The notes: generated by a model from the letters alone, not told the origin. 64,000 bases of DNA from an uncultured Erythrobacter sp. (GCA_947501005.1 CANMTU010000001.1:2719407-2783406); one strand, 5' to 3'; shown: positions 39,120 to 48,802, counted from the stretch's first letter. Numbers and translations: made by a program.

Positions 39120-41299
39120 ACTGAAGGGGTTTCTTCGGGTATCAACCAGGCTCGGGCCGACCGTGCGAACGTGCCGACCTGGCGGACCCAGAACCGGGTT
39201 CCGTTTGCCTCACCCAAGTGGGCGTAGTCGCTGGCTTGCAGTCGAAGGCTGTTGGTCGCAACCTGCCTAAGGAAGAGCGGCGAAGAGGGCGGGCCGCTTC
39301 CGATTTCGTACAGTTCCGTTTCCTCGGTCAGCGCCTGATCGACCCCGTCGCGCCATTGCCACCCGCCGCGGGCGCGGCGGGTCCAATGCAGGAGCACGCT
39401 GCCATCCTCTCCGATCGTGGCGCGCGCATGCACCGGCGAGGGCGGGGTGAGGCTGAAACCGGCGTTTTCGACCCTCGCCCGGACCGCTGGTTGATCGGCA
39501 GGGCCAAGCGCGGCGAATCCTTCATCGCTGACCATCGAGACGGCACGCTGGGAAATTTCCGTGATGCGGTTGTCGAGCATGACGACCGGCGTTCCGGCCG
39601 GATGGGCTGTTGCAAACGGTTCGGTTCCGCCCCGGCCGCGCAACAGGCCCGACAATCGCCAATGCGTATCGTCGACTGGTTGTGCGTTGAGGAACTGCAG
39701 GACTTCGGAGCCGACCAAAACGCGGTTGCGTCCCTGGGCCAACCCGGTTGCAGAGCATTGCCCCTCGTCCGGTTTGCCGCTCTTCAGCCGCACCGTGATC
39801 GACGCCGCGCCTTCCAGCCGGAGGCAAGTCGATCCTGGCAAAGTCTCGGCCAACTCACCGGTCGCGGCGCGCCCGGTCAGGAATTGTTCGGTATCGATCA
39901 GGATATCGTCCTGCACGGCATACAGACTCGTACCTGTCCAGCGCCCCTCGCCGACCGTGACGGCAGCGAAGATGCATCGTTCCCCGGAACTCCCGAGCCC
40001 GTCCCAAGGCACTTCGAACGCCTGCAGATCGATGGCGGCGGGCTGCTGGTCCGGTGCCGACCATACGCTGCCTGCATGCGCGACAGCGGCGACCTGCGGG
40101 ATCGTACGATGGCGCGTCAGTTCGAGCTCGACGCCCTTTTCGCACCATTCCCACACGACGACGCGCCACCAGCCGTGTTCGCCCGGAACCTTGACCAGCG
40201 AACCCGGCCCGATCTCAGGGTCCAGCGCGGCGCAGCGCCATAGGAGGCTCTCCCCGTCCAGATTACCACGCTGCCGGGCATCGCGGACGAGCGACAGAGC
40301 GTCCGCCGCCTGCAATGCGCCCGGAAAGTCGAAGACCCGCTGATCGCTCGCGTATCCATCGGCCCGCTGCAAGCCGGGCTGGTAGTCGCGTGCGATATCG
40401 TAATAGCGCAAGGCATAGAACGCCGCGTTCCGGGTGCTCTTGCGCAGATGCGCGGCCCCGCTCTGCGCACCGAACTCGCCGTCATCCCAACTGGCGGCGG
40501 GCGGCAGCACCGGGGCGTTCCCGGCCAGGGTTTCGGGCTGACCGATCGAGAGGTTCTTGCCGCCGAGCCGCGGTGAAACGGGCCGAAGACCGTCCACCAG
40601 CGCGAGGACATTGCGCACCGCACCGCCATCGTAACTGAAGCCGCGTATCTGCGGCACGACGAGCGATGCGGCGACATCGCCCACATCTTCCCTGATCATC
40701 GTCTCGACGAAGACCGGCCCCTCGCCCGCGAAGATCTCGAAACTGAGCGCGGGGATACGATTGCCGAACTCCGTCAGATCGAGTTGTTCGAAGACCACAT
40801 AGGCACAGCCGCGAAAGGCGGGACATTGCTTGCCGAGCTTCGCCTTCAGCAAGGGATCGCAGGCCTGGTCGCCATGCCCCCGGTATATGCGCAGCTCGCC
40901 GCCGGTCTTCAGGTCGCCCGCCGCGCCGCGCAACAGATTGCCGTCGGCCCATATTCGCCCGATGCGATCGATCGGACGACTCGACAGGGACACCGCGAAA
41001 GACACTGAATAGCTGAAGCTCGTCGTCTTGGGCTTCCCCTTTCCGCCGCCCTCCCGGCTTTCGTGTTCGATCAGATCGGTTGACCAGACGATGGTGCCGG
41101 GCGCGCGCATGACCCCGTAATGACGCGCGATCGGCGTGCCGTAACTCGAGCCGGAAACGGCCAGTTCCTTGAGGCGCGGTCCTTCGGCGCCGCCGCCGCC
41201 GAAGATCGACTGGTCGATCGTTCGCCCCACGAACGCGCCGATAGCGCCGCCGATCGGCCCGAGCACGCTGCCGACGGCGCCGAGTACGAGAGTTGCCAT
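39116..41299 (-). CDS. GTA tail/host-specificity protein (g15-like, short form)
   Basis: MATLVLGAVG, EGPRLKEL..SSYG, IGRIWADG, AFRG.AYVVFE.LDLTEFGNRIP, LRGRGGT. Confidence 0.87.
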   Translation of the reverse strand: MATLVLGAVGSVLGPIGGAIGAFVGRTIDQSIFGGGGAEGPRLKELAVSGSSYGTPIARHYGVMRAPGTIVWSTDLIEHESREGGGKGKPKTTSFSYSVSFAVSLSSRPIDRIGRIWADGNLLRGAAGDLKTGGELRIYRGHGDQACDPLLKAKLGKQCPAFRGCAYVVFEQLDLTEFGNRIPALSFEIFAGEGPVFVETMIREDVGDVAASLVVPQIRGFSYDGGAVRNVLALVDGLRPVSPRLGGKNLSIGQPETLAGNAPVLPPAASWDDGEFGAQSGAAHLRKSTRNAAFYALRYYDIARDYQPGLQRADGYASDQRVFDFPGALQAADALSLVRDARQRGNLDGESLLWRCAALDPEIGPGSLVKVPGEHGWWRVVVWEWCEKGVELELTRHRTIPQVAAVAHAGSVWSAPDQQPAAIDLQAFEVPWDGLGSSGERCIFAAVTVGEGRWTGTSLYAVQDDILIDTEQFLTGRAATGELAETLPGSTCLRLEGAASITVRLKSGKPDEGQCSATGLAQGRNRVLVGSEVLQFLNAQPVDDTHWRLSGLLRGRGGTEPFATAHPAGTPVVMLDNRITEISQRAVSMVSDEGFAALGPADQPAVRARVENAGFSLTPPSPVHARATIGEDGSVLLHWTRRARGGWQWRDGVDQALTEETELYEIGSGPPSSPLFLRQVATNSLRLQASDYAHLGEANGTRFWVRQVGTFARSARAWLIPEETPSV

Positions 41300-41311
41300 G
41301 TCATGTTCCGA

Positions 41312-41716
41312 TCATGTGCTGCGCCAGTGACGGACGACGCTGGCTTGCTGAAGCCCGTTTTGCCGGACGACCTCGCGCCGACCGGCATGGGCATGAACGT
41401 AAATCGACCGGTCCAGCGCGATCATGAGGTGATGCTGGGCGGGACCGGAATTGATGAGGATGAGATCGCCCTCTTTCTGGGCATCGGGGGCCTCGACGAA
41501 GCCATTCCGCGCGGCGAAGGGAAGCAGCCGATCCAGACCGAGATTGCGCAACCCGTATGCCGGCAATTCGGCAGGCTGCCGCCCGGCCGCCGCGATCGCG
41601 CACAATACGAGACCGACGCAATCCACACCCTTGTCCGGATCCCGGCCATGCAACCTGTAGGGCGTTCCGACGAGGCGATCCGCGGCCGCCGCGAAGCGCA
41701 CGGGGAAGCCGGTCAT
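41312..41716 (-). CDS. GTA NlpC/P60 peptidase (g14-like)
   Basis: GTPYRLHGR..GVDCVGLV, HLMI, VHAH. Confidence 0.85.
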   Translation of the reverse strand: MTGFPVRFAAAADRLVGTPYRLHGRDPDKGVDCVGLVLCAIAAAGRQPAELPAYGLRNLGLDRLLPFAARNGFVEAPDAQKEGDLILINSGPAQHHLMIALDRSIYVHAHAGRREVVRQNGLQQASVVRHWRST

Positions 41717-42528
41717 TTCGTCTGCGGATACTGGGCGAGCAGGTCGTTCCCGGGCAGATCAGGCTCCCCCTGGAAATTGACCGCGTTGGCGAACCGCTCG
41801 CTGCAGGTCCGGATGGTCTTGTCGCACCCCTCGCGCAGGAATGCGCGGCAACCGGGCAACAGATCGGGCGAGAGCGCCCGGTCCGGAAAGAATTGACCAT
41901 CGGTCACGGCAGGGATCGACATGACCTGCCCGCAATGAGGGCCGTCCAGCCAGTGGATCTCCCCCAGAACGAATTTGTCGGCATCCGCGACGGAAAAGCG
42001 CAGACTGCTCGCATCCCGGTCAACGCTCGTCACGGTGGCGCGGCGAGTGAAGCGCGGCGGCGAGAGCGTGCATCCCGGTCCGCAGAAACGCGCGCGGCAG
42101 GACGGGCTGGTCCGGGGAACCACGTCGACGTCGAGATCCGCCTTGGCGGACCGCAAGCGCGCCGAAAACCCGCCCCCATCCTGCGAGGTTTCGGCAATCG
42201 ACCCCGAATAGAGGCTCGCCCGTTCGAGCGTGTCCCAATCGACCAGCCCCATCTCGATCCGCGCATCGGCGAACCGACCCGCCTTCAGATCCGCTTCGGT
42301 TATGGTGTCGTGCGACAGGGCGCCGCTGACCTCCGCCTCGTCGTCGGACAGCTCGCTCGTGCGGCGAATGGCGGAGGGGAGCAGGCCGGGGGCGGCGCGG
42401 TGGAGATGGCCTTCGAACCACAGGTCCCGATCATGCGTCGTGAAGGCAAGGGCGACGCCATCTGCCCGGTATATACGCCACCAACTTGCCACCGTGTCGA
42501 GCGCTTCGGCGAAGAAAACGCGGCTCAT
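41713..42528 (-). CDS. GTA DUF2163 baseplate hub protein (g13-like)
   Basis: AFTTHDRDL, CRARFC, EGCDKT..TC.ERFANAVNFQGEP.LPGND. Confidence 0.88.
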   Translation of the reverse strand: MSRVFFAEALDTVASWWRIYRADGVALAFTTHDRDLWFEGHLHRAAPGLLPSAIRRTSELSDDEAEVSGALSHDTITEADLKAGRFADARIEMGLVDWDTLERASLYSGSIAETSQDGGGFSARLRSAKADLDVDVVPRTSPSCRARFCGPGCTLSPPRFTRRATVTSVDRDASSLRFSVADADKFVLGEIHWLDGPHCGQVMSIPAVTDGQFFPDRALSPDLLPGCRAFLREGCDKTIRTCSERFANAVNFQGEPDLPGNDLLAQYPQTK

Positions 42529-44831
42529 ACGTCTTCCCTGATCTCGATAAGAGGGACCGACGGCGCTTCGCCCGCAGCAAACGACACCCCGCTGATATCC
42601 AGCCGGTCCTCCGCGAAGCGCACGGGTACGTCGAACATGTATCCCGCAGTGATCACGGAACCGCTCGAAGGCGCCGAGCCGAAGCGGACCTTGCCGCCGC
42701 CGATATGGGTCCAGCCGGAAACCGGCACGCCGTCCACCGCAATCGCTATCGTTCCTTCGACCGGGCGGGTGATGACACGCGCCTGCGTTTCATAGGTTTT
42801 CGTCAGGGCGAAGGTATCGCGCAGCCCGTCCGCCCGGGCGATGACCTGATCGGTCGGCTTGGGCAGTTCGCCCACCGGCGCCGAACTGTGATCGAACGGA
42901 TCGCGCAGCCGGAACCCCCGCGCCGGGCCGAAGCGGGCGCGGTAGAATGCCAGAAGAACGGTGAGTTCCTTTTCGGAACGGATGCCCGGCCCGACATCGT
43001 AACGCATGCGCGCATCCGACCACAGGGCATTGCGCCGCTCGTGACCCGAGGAAGTGACCGAAACCGCGGTCGAGAATTGGGGGCTGACCGCCGTATCCCG
43101 GCCCAGCGCCAGCGGGTAGCGCACGTCGTCGAAAGCTTGCATGTCGTCGTCCTCGTGATGGGGCATGCGGGTGTAACCGTCGCGGCAGACCTGCGGCAGC
43201 GCCCAGACATAGCGGTCGGAAACCCCGCATTGCCGCGCCTCGTCCAGTGCGCGGTCGATCAGCGGCCAGAAGCCGTGTGCGTCCTCGGTATCGAGGACGA
43301 AGCCGGCGAAGTAATCCTGCCGTCCGATCGGATAAGCGAGTTTCTCGGTCGCGAAACCGATACCCCGCCGTCGGGCGCCGTCCGCGCCGCGAACCAGCCA
43401 ATCGTAATCTTCCATTTGCAGCCGGTCGAACGCGGGATAACGCCACTCGGCCGGCAGGTTCGCGCGGTGCAGTTCCGGCATCCGCTCGTCGAGAACCGTC
43501 GGCGTGAATGCCAGCAGGAGGATCTCCGCCGGCCCTGCCGCCGCGTCGCGAACCGCGTCGGCCAGTTCCCTGGTCGAACGCGCCAGCAATGCGCCGGCCC
43601 TGTCGAGCAGGGCGAGCTGCGTCTCCTCCAGCGGTTTGCGCATGTCGGTGATCGGATCGTGCGCTTCACCGAGCGCCTGTTTCGCCTGTGGATCGTACAG
43701 GCAGGGCGCGAACGTGTCGGGCATGACCCACCACCACGGCTCGCCGATCTGGAACAGCGCCGCCCCGCCCGCCGCCTCGAGCAGTACGACGAATTTGCAG
43801 GCGATCGCCTTGAGGAACGCCATGGCCGCTTCACTGGCGGGCGAGACCAGGGCGGAGGGGGGATCCCAGCCGGTCCGCGCAAACCGGCCGTCCGATGCTT
43901 GCTGCTGCCACCAGGCCGGGCAGTTCTGCGCCAGAATTTCGTAGGACAGGGAGACGATGGGCGCGAAATCCGCCTCGACCGCGCGGGCGAAAAAGTCCGC
44001 ATGCCAGGCCTCGGCCGGGCGGCATAGTTCCCCCCCATATTCCACTTCCATGCTGCTGGGGCGCAGCCGGTAGTAGTGGCTCATCCCGACATAATGGACG
44101 ATGCGCCCGCGATAGCCGAGGCACTCGACCGTCCTGATCAGGCGCGCCGGCGTCTGGTTGAAGCAGTCGTCGTAAGCGGTCGCCATGCGTTCGCCGTGTT
44201 CGGGCAGCATGACGTTCCCGATCCCGAGCATGGCGCGATCACCTTCGCAATCGATGTCGGCCAGTTCGGCCCACGCCGGGGTCGGTTGATCCAGCACCCC
44301 GCCATCCCCCGGCGCATAACCTTTGCCGACCAGCGAGATGAACATGCGATCGATCGCCTGCGCTCGGATCGGCTCCCCCGGCAGCGCATAGCCCGATTGC
44401 AGTTCGCTGAAAGGCAGCGTGATCCGCGCGTCTTCGGGCGACCCGGCAGCATAGTTCCACAAGCGGACATACCAGGTCCGCGCATTGCCGGCGGCGTCCC
44501 GCCCCTCGATCGTCAACGTCGGGCCGTGCGGTTGATCGAGCGGTATCAGACCCTGGGACCGCCAACGAAACCGCAGGACGCAATGGGAATAGTCCCGCTG
44601 CGTCGCATAGCGGAGCAGGGGATGATCGAGCGTATCCTCGCTCTCCCAGATCAGGCCGGCAAGATCGTCGCGCTTGAGGAATTCGCAATCGACGCGCAAG
44701 CTCTGCGGCCCGGTGGTGATCACGCTCGCCATCATGGGGCGGGGGAAATTGACGGTCCAGAAGCGGGGATCGAAACGCTGTATCCAGTCGGATCGTTGCC
44801 CCCGCCGCGATGTGGCGAGCCAGAATGCCAT
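42525..44831 (-). CDS. GTA DUF2460 distal-tail protein with large N-terminal extension (g12-like fusion)
   Basis: C-terminal FDDVRYPLALG..SGHERRNALW..FDVPVRFAED; about 560 aa N-terminal region with FQIGEPWWW and LQMEDYDW motifs. Confidence 0.85.
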   Translation of the reverse strand: MAFWLATSRRGQRSDWIQRFDPRFWTVNFPRPMMASVITTGPQSLRVDCEFLKRDDLAGLIWESEDTLDHPLLRYATQRDYSHCVLRFRWRSQGLIPLDQPHGPTLTIEGRDAAGNARTWYVRLWNYAAGSPEDARITLPFSELQSGYALPGEPIRAQAIDRMFISLVGKGYAPGDGGVLDQPTPAWAELADIDCEGDRAMLGIGNVMLPEHGERMATAYDDCFNQTPARLIRTVECLGYRGRIVHYVGMSHYYRLRPSSMEVEYGGELCRPAEAWHADFFARAVEADFAPIVSLSYEILAQNCPAWWQQQASDGRFARTGWDPPSALVSPASEAAMAFLKAIACKFVVLLEAAGGAALFQIGEPWWWVMPDTFAPCLYDPQAKQALGEAHDPITDMRKPLEETQLALLDRAGALLARSTRELADAVRDAAAGPAEILLLAFTPTVLDERMPELHRANLPAEWRYPAFDRLQMEDYDWLVRGADGARRRGIGFATEKLAYPIGRQDYFAGFVLDTEDAHGFWPLIDRALDEARQCGVSDRYVWALPQVCRDGYTRMPHHEDDDMQAFDDVRYPLALGRDTAVSPQFSTAVSVTSSGHERRNALWSDARMRYDVGPGIRSEKELTVLLAFYRARFGPARGFRLRDPFDHSSAPVGELPKPTDQVIARADGLRDTFALTKTYETQARVITRPVEGTIAIAVDGVPVSGWTHIGGGKVRFGSAPSSGSVITAGYMFDVPVRFAEDRLDISGVSFAAGEAPSVPLIEIREDV

Positions 44832-44855
44832 GTGTCGGATCCTTCGTTCGGTTGC

Positions 44856-45452
44856 TCAGCGCGTCAGCGCGCGGCGCACCGCGCTCGCGACCTGGCGGGA
44901 GGATCGCTGCAGGGCGACCGGCGCGTCGACCCCGCGCGGCTGCGCGAGATTGATGGCGACGCGCACGGTATTGCGGACCCCGCCCTCGCCCGCACGGTTG
45001 GCCTCGACCCGGCCCGCACTGGTCGGGACGAACAATTCAGGCCCCCGCTCTCCGACGAGATAGGGGCGATCGGGCGAGACCAGCCCGCCGGTCGCGCGGC
45101 CGGGCAGACCCAGCAGCGAGGAAGCCAGCCCGCCAAGCAGGCCGAGCGGCGATCCGCCGCCGCTCCCCTGCCCGCCCAGCCCGAGCCCGCCCAGCAAATC
45201 GCCGAGCCCGGAATTCAGTGCCTGGCTGGCAATCGAATCGATGGTCGAGAGTGCCATGCGCTTGAGATCGTCGAACCCGACGCCGCCCTTGCGCAGGGCG
45301 GAAAGCAGGCCTTTTTCGAGGACACCCCCCGCCTTGTCGAACGCGGACAGCAGGGTGCCGTCGAACTCGCTCTTCATCTTGCCGATGTCCTGCGCAAAAC
45401 TGCGCGTATCCGCCCTGACGGACACGATCAGCTCGTCCAAATCGTCATTCAT
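44856..45452 (-). CDS. GTA tail tape measure protein (g11-like)
   Basis: RATGGLV...YLVGERGPELFVP motif; position in the cluster. Confidence 0.8.
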   Translation of the reverse strand: MNDDLDELIVSVRADTRSFAQDIGKMKSEFDGTLLSAFDKAGGVLEKGLLSALRKGGVGFDDLKRMALSTIDSIASQALNSGLGDLLGGLGLGGQGSGGGSPLGLLGGLASSLLGLPGRATGGLVSPDRPYLVGERGPELFVPTSAGRVEANRAGEGGVRNTVRVAINLAQPRGVDAPVALQRSSRQVASAVRRALTR

Positions 45453-45642
45453 TGCGATCCCTTTCGATCATCGCCGCGATCAGCTCGCGCGTGGGCGGCT
45501 CGCCGGCCGCGTCGTCATCGGGCCTGAGCGCGAGGCCGAGTTCGGACGGGGTCGCGTTCCAGAAGGTGTCCGGCGACCAGCCGAGCGAGCGGGCGGAAAG
45601 CCCGGCAAGCTTCCGCGTGGTCGCGGAAAACCGCGTCGTCAT
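45445..45642 (-). CDS. GTA tail assembly chaperone (g10.1-like)
   Basis: LGWSPDTFWNATPSEL motif; overlaps both neighbours. Confidence 0.75.
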   Translation of the reverse strand: MTTRFSATTRKLAGLSARSLGWSPDTFWNATPSELGLALRPDDDAAGEPPTRELIAAMIERDRNE

Positions 45643-45965
45643 TCCGAACCCTTGAGGATTTCGCCGAGCAGGATGCGCAGCGGCCGGGCCGCCCGGGCGA
45701 GGCCCATGGCGAGGACCGCCTGGCCGATCGCCTGGCGGCTGACGCAGTCAGCCTGGCGGCTGACGCAGTCGGCGGGAACGGCGCAGTGCCAGAACAGGGC
45801 GGCGATCTCCTGCAGCTTGAGCCGGCCTTCCCCCGCCCGCTCCACCAGCGCGAGCAGCGCGCCCAGTTCCTCTTCGGCGCGGACCAGGGCATCGAAACTG
45901 GGGCGCAGGAGGATCTCGCGCCCCTCGACATGGATGGCAGCCTCGCCGCGAAGCGGATTGCTCAT
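45639..45965 (-). CDS. GTA tail chaperone (g10-like)
   Basis: MSNPLRGEA..LRPSFDALVRAEEELG. Confidence 0.8.
   Translation of the reverse strand: MSNPLRGEAAIHVEGREILLRPSFDALVRAEEELGALLALVERAGEGRLKLQEIAALFWHCAVPADCVSRQADCVSRQAIGQAVLAMGLARAARPLRILLGEILKGSE
45730..45771. repeat. 21-bp tandem duplication inside g10-like gene
   Basis: GCCTGGCGGCTGACGCAGTC(A/G) x2, encoding ADCVSRQ twice. Confidence 0.9.
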
Positions 45966-46369
45966 GCCGGCACTACCTTGCCCGAGCTTTCGAGCTGCAT
46001 GGAATAGGTCCGCTCGCCGTTGAAATCGCCGGAATAGTCGAGCCGCTGGACGAGGAACGCGCCGCGCATCTTCGCGCCGTCCTCGAACGACAGCTCGTAT
46101 GCATCGAGCGTGCCGGAAAGGGCGTGAGCACGCAGCCGGTTCTCGGCATCGGAACCCAGGAAGATGCCCGACGCGCTGACTGATACGCTGCGCGTACCGG
46201 CGCCGGACAGCAGCTCGCGCCAGCCGCCGCTCTCCTTGTGAGTCACCACCACGGTCTCGCCGTTGATGGTCATCTGGGTGGTGCGCAGGCCCGCGACGGT
46301 CTCGTAAGCGGCGGGGGTGGCGCCGTCGCCGATCTTGAGCAAAAAGGCGGCACCGGATTGGGCGGTCAT
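45962..46369 (-). CDS. GTA major tail (tube) protein, TP901-1 family (g9-like)
   Basis: GAAFLLKIGDG, GLRTT, GGWRELL.GAG.RSVSVSASGIF. Confidence 0.9.
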   Translation of the reverse strand: MTAQSGAAFLLKIGDGATPAAYETVAGLRTTQMTINGETVVVTHKESGGWRELLSGAGTRSVSVSASGIFLGSDAENRLRAHALSGTLDAYELSFEDGAKMRGAFLVQRLDYSGDFNGERTYSMQLESSGKVVPA

Positions 46370-46397
46370 GTCGGTTTCTCCGTGAATTGGGGGCGGG

Positions 46398-46796
46398 TCA
46401 GGCCGGGGCGGTTTCGAGAAGGCGGAAACTGTATTCGAGCAGGATCGCACGCAGCGACCACGGCCGCCGCTCGACCCGGCTGCGCAGGAAGCGGGTGACG
46501 ACGATGCGGAAGCCGTCCTGCTGCGGCGCCATCGTGGCGATGCGGCGTTCGATCCGCTCGGCGAGGGCAGCGGTCGGGCCGGGCGTGTCGCTGCGGTCGA
46601 CCATCTCCAGCGCGACGCGCACTTCGCGTCCGCGTTCGGTCTTGCCGCCCCACTCCGCCGCCGCACTGGCGACGATCGAGAGGTGCGGCGCGGGCGCGGC
46701 CAGCGGTCCGTCCTCGGCCATGGCGTTGAGGGTTTCGGCCAGGGTCGCGTCGGCGCGAAGCCAGTCGAGCAAGACGCTGCGAAAGGCGCTTTCCAT
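46398..46796 (-). CDS. DUF3168 tail terminator-like protein (g8-like)
   Basis: AAEWGGKTERGREVRVALE; position before the tail tube gene. Confidence 0.7.
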   Translation of the reverse strand: MESAFRSVLLDWLRADATLAETLNAMAEDGPLAAPAPHLSIVASAAAEWGGKTERGREVRVALEMVDRSDTPGPTAALAERIERRIATMAPQQDGFRIVVTRFLRSRVERRPWSLRAILLEYSFRLLETAPA

Positions 46797-46966
46797 CAAT
46801 CGGTCCTTCCGGAAAAGAGGGGCCACAACAGCGCGGCCTTGCGCCAGCCCGCGCCATCGGCGCGAAGGGCGCGGCGGCGCAGTTCGCCCTGCGCCCGCGC
46901 CAGCCGCTCGGCCTTGCGGTTGAGGCTTCGGGCGAGCGCGGCGAAACCGGCGTCGGCGGGCGTCAC
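46796..46966 (-). CDS. Small GTA protein of unknown function (56 aa)
   Basis: GTGA overlap with the connector stop and TGATG overlap with the DUF3168 start imply translational coupling. Confidence 0.6.
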   Translation of the reverse strand: MTPADAGFAALARSLNRKAERLARAQGELRRRALRADGAGWRKAALLWPLFSGRTD

Positions 46967-47502
46967 AGCCGCATCTCGCGCCACGGCCGCCACAGGGCGG
47001 AAACGGCGGCGGGCGGCCGGTCGTCAGCGGCCCGGTCGCGCTGGCGATACTGGTCGGCGGCGTAGCGGACGATGCCGTGCCGCAAGCCATCGTCGAGCTG
47101 CGACCAGTCACTGGCCAGTCCAGCATCGTATTTGAGTTCGATCCGCGGTTCGGTGCAGGCGCGAAGCAGGCGAAAGCGCATCGCGTCTCCGCTGGCCTGC
47201 TCGATCGCGAAATCGCCGGGGTCGAGCACGCGCGGCACGCCGTAGACGTTCACGGCCACCACCGCGCGCATCATCATGACCGGGCGGGCCGACAGGTCGC
47301 GCCACTGGCTGCTGGCCGGCACGGTCTCCGTGATCGTGGTCTGCAAGGGAAAGATGCCGGTAAAGCGCTGGCACAGCGCATGCGCGCTCTTGAGCAGACC
47401 GGCCAGCAGCGGGTCGTCATGGGTCGTGTTGATCGCCAGCCATTGCTTCAGTTCGGCGAGCGCTGCGGCGGCGTATGTGGCCTGGATCTCGATTGCCCGC
47501 AT
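46963..47502 (-). CDS. GTA head-tail connector (g6-like)
   Basis: LAELKQWLAI..DDPLL..LL.SA..CQRFTG; PPAAVSALWRPWR. Confidence 0.82.
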   Translation of the reverse strand: MRAIEIQATYAAAALAELKQWLAINTTHDDPLLAGLLKSAHALCQRFTGIFPLQTTITETVPASSQWRDLSARPVMMMRAVVAVNVYGVPRVLDPGDFAIEQASGDAMRFRLLRACTEPRIELKYDAGLASDWSQLDDGLRHGIVRYAADQYRQRDRAADDRPPAAVSALWRPWREMRL

Positions 47503-47539
47503 AAGCGCGGCCTCCTCGGCGATAGGGTAAGGTCGGATG

Positions 47540-47580
47540 AAAGGGGCCGGCGACGGGCCAGGGGAAGCCCGCCGCCGGTC
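47540..47580 (-). terminator. Hairpin/terminator after capsid gene
   Basis: 14-bp GC-rich stem with a short T tract on the minus strand. Confidence 0.5.
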
Positions 47581-47588
47581 CGGTTGGA

Positions 47589-48752
47589 TCAGGCCTCGAT
47601 CTTGAGGAGCTTGATCGCGTTGGCATCGAGCACCTGCCCACCCACGCGCTTGGTGGCGTAGAAGTGGACGAAGGGCTTGTTGGTGAAAGGATCGCGCAGC
47701 ACTTGCGTCGCGCTGCGTTCGGCGATCAGATAGCCGTGGCGGAAATTGCCGAAGGCGATCGGGAAGCTGCCCGCCGCGATGTCGGGCATGTCTTCCGCCT
47801 CGACCACGGGATAGCCGAGCAGGCGATCGGGCTGCCCCTCGACAAGGCCCGGCTGCCACAGGAACGCGCCGTCCGCCGTCTTGAGCTTGCGCACTTCCGC
47901 CAGCGTCGCGGAATTCATCACGAAGCTCGCGCCTTGGCGATGGCCGGATTTCAGCGTGTGCACGAGGTCGATCATCTTCGCGTCCGGATTGGTGTCGAAC
48001 CCGTCCGCATCGCCCGAGCCGACATACTGCATCGTGCCGAACGGGCGGGTGCCGTCTGCCAGAGTGGAAACCGGCGCGTTGAGAAAGCCCTCGGGCTGGT
48101 TCACGCCGCTGCCGTTGACGAAGGCGGCCCCTTCGGCGCGGGCGAATTCCATTGCGATTTCGCCGGCGAGCCAGGCTTCCAGATCGAAGCCGACATCATC
48201 CAGCATGACCTGGCTGGCGGCGGGGTTGGCATAAAGCTCGCCGGTCGGCGGGGCGATCTCGGCAAAGATCGGGGTTGCGGTTTCGGGCCGCCCCGCCGCC
48301 TCGCTCACCCAGCCGCTGGCCGTCGCCCCGGTCGATACGAGCTTGCGATAGCCCGCGCTGCCGGTCTGCACGACCTGCGCGATGGCGCGGATCGGGCTGA
48401 TCTCGACCAGTTCGCGGACGATCATCGCATCGATCTGGCGCGGTACGGCATAGCCGCCATCGGTCGGCACGACGCCGCTGATCGATTTGATCTCGGCGGT
48501 CGATCCGGTGCGCAGATAACCGTCGACGAAGCCGGTGGTGTCGGAAGCCGCCTCGGCGGTTGCGGCAAGCGCGGGGCGCGCGGCGGCACGGCCGATCTTG
48601 TCGACGCGCAGTTTCACTTCTTCCACGTCCGAGCGCAGGGCGGAGATGTCGGCTTCGGCCTTGTCCTGCCGGGCAAGGATATCGAAGCTTGCGGCGGCCG
48701 GGTCCACCGAGGCAGCGGCAGCTTGGGTCGCGGGATTGAAGGTCATGTCCAT
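47589..48752 (-). CDS. GTA major capsid protein (HK97 fold, g5-like)
   Basis: DGGYAVP..ID, PEGFL, LLGYPVVEAEDMP, RDPFTNKPFVHFYATKRVGG. Confidence 0.95.
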   Translation of the reverse strand: MDMTFNPATQAAAASVDPAAASFDILARQDKAEADISALRSDVEEVKLRVDKIGRAAARPALAATAEAASDTTGFVDGYLRTGSTAEIKSISGVVPTDGGYAVPRQIDAMIVRELVEISPIRAIAQVVQTGSAGYRKLVSTGATASGWVSEAAGRPETATPIFAEIAPPTGELYANPAASQVMLDDVGFDLEAWLAGEIAMEFARAEGAAFVNGSGVNQPEGFLNAPVSTLADGTRPFGTMQYVGSGDADGFDTNPDAKMIDLVHTLKSGHRQGASFVMNSATLAEVRKLKTADGAFLWQPGLVEGQPDRLLGYPVVEAEDMPDIAAGSFPIAFGNFRHGYLIAERSATQVLRDPFTNKPFVHFYATKRVGGQVLDANAIKLLKIEA

Positions 48753-48779
48753 CGGGGTATTCACCTTTCTTGGGAGCAC

Positions 48780-48802
48780 AAAAAAACCGCCCGGAAGGCG
48801 GC
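48780..48802 (-). terminator. Intrinsic terminator between protease and capsid genes
   Basis: CCGCC-TTCCG-GGCGG followed by 7 T on the minus strand. Confidence 0.55.

Noticed and set aside
45639-45680. Programmed -1 frameshift between the tail chaperone genes
   Set aside because: No X-XXY-YYZ slippery heptamer near the g10 stop; the downstream ORF has its own ATGA-coupled start.
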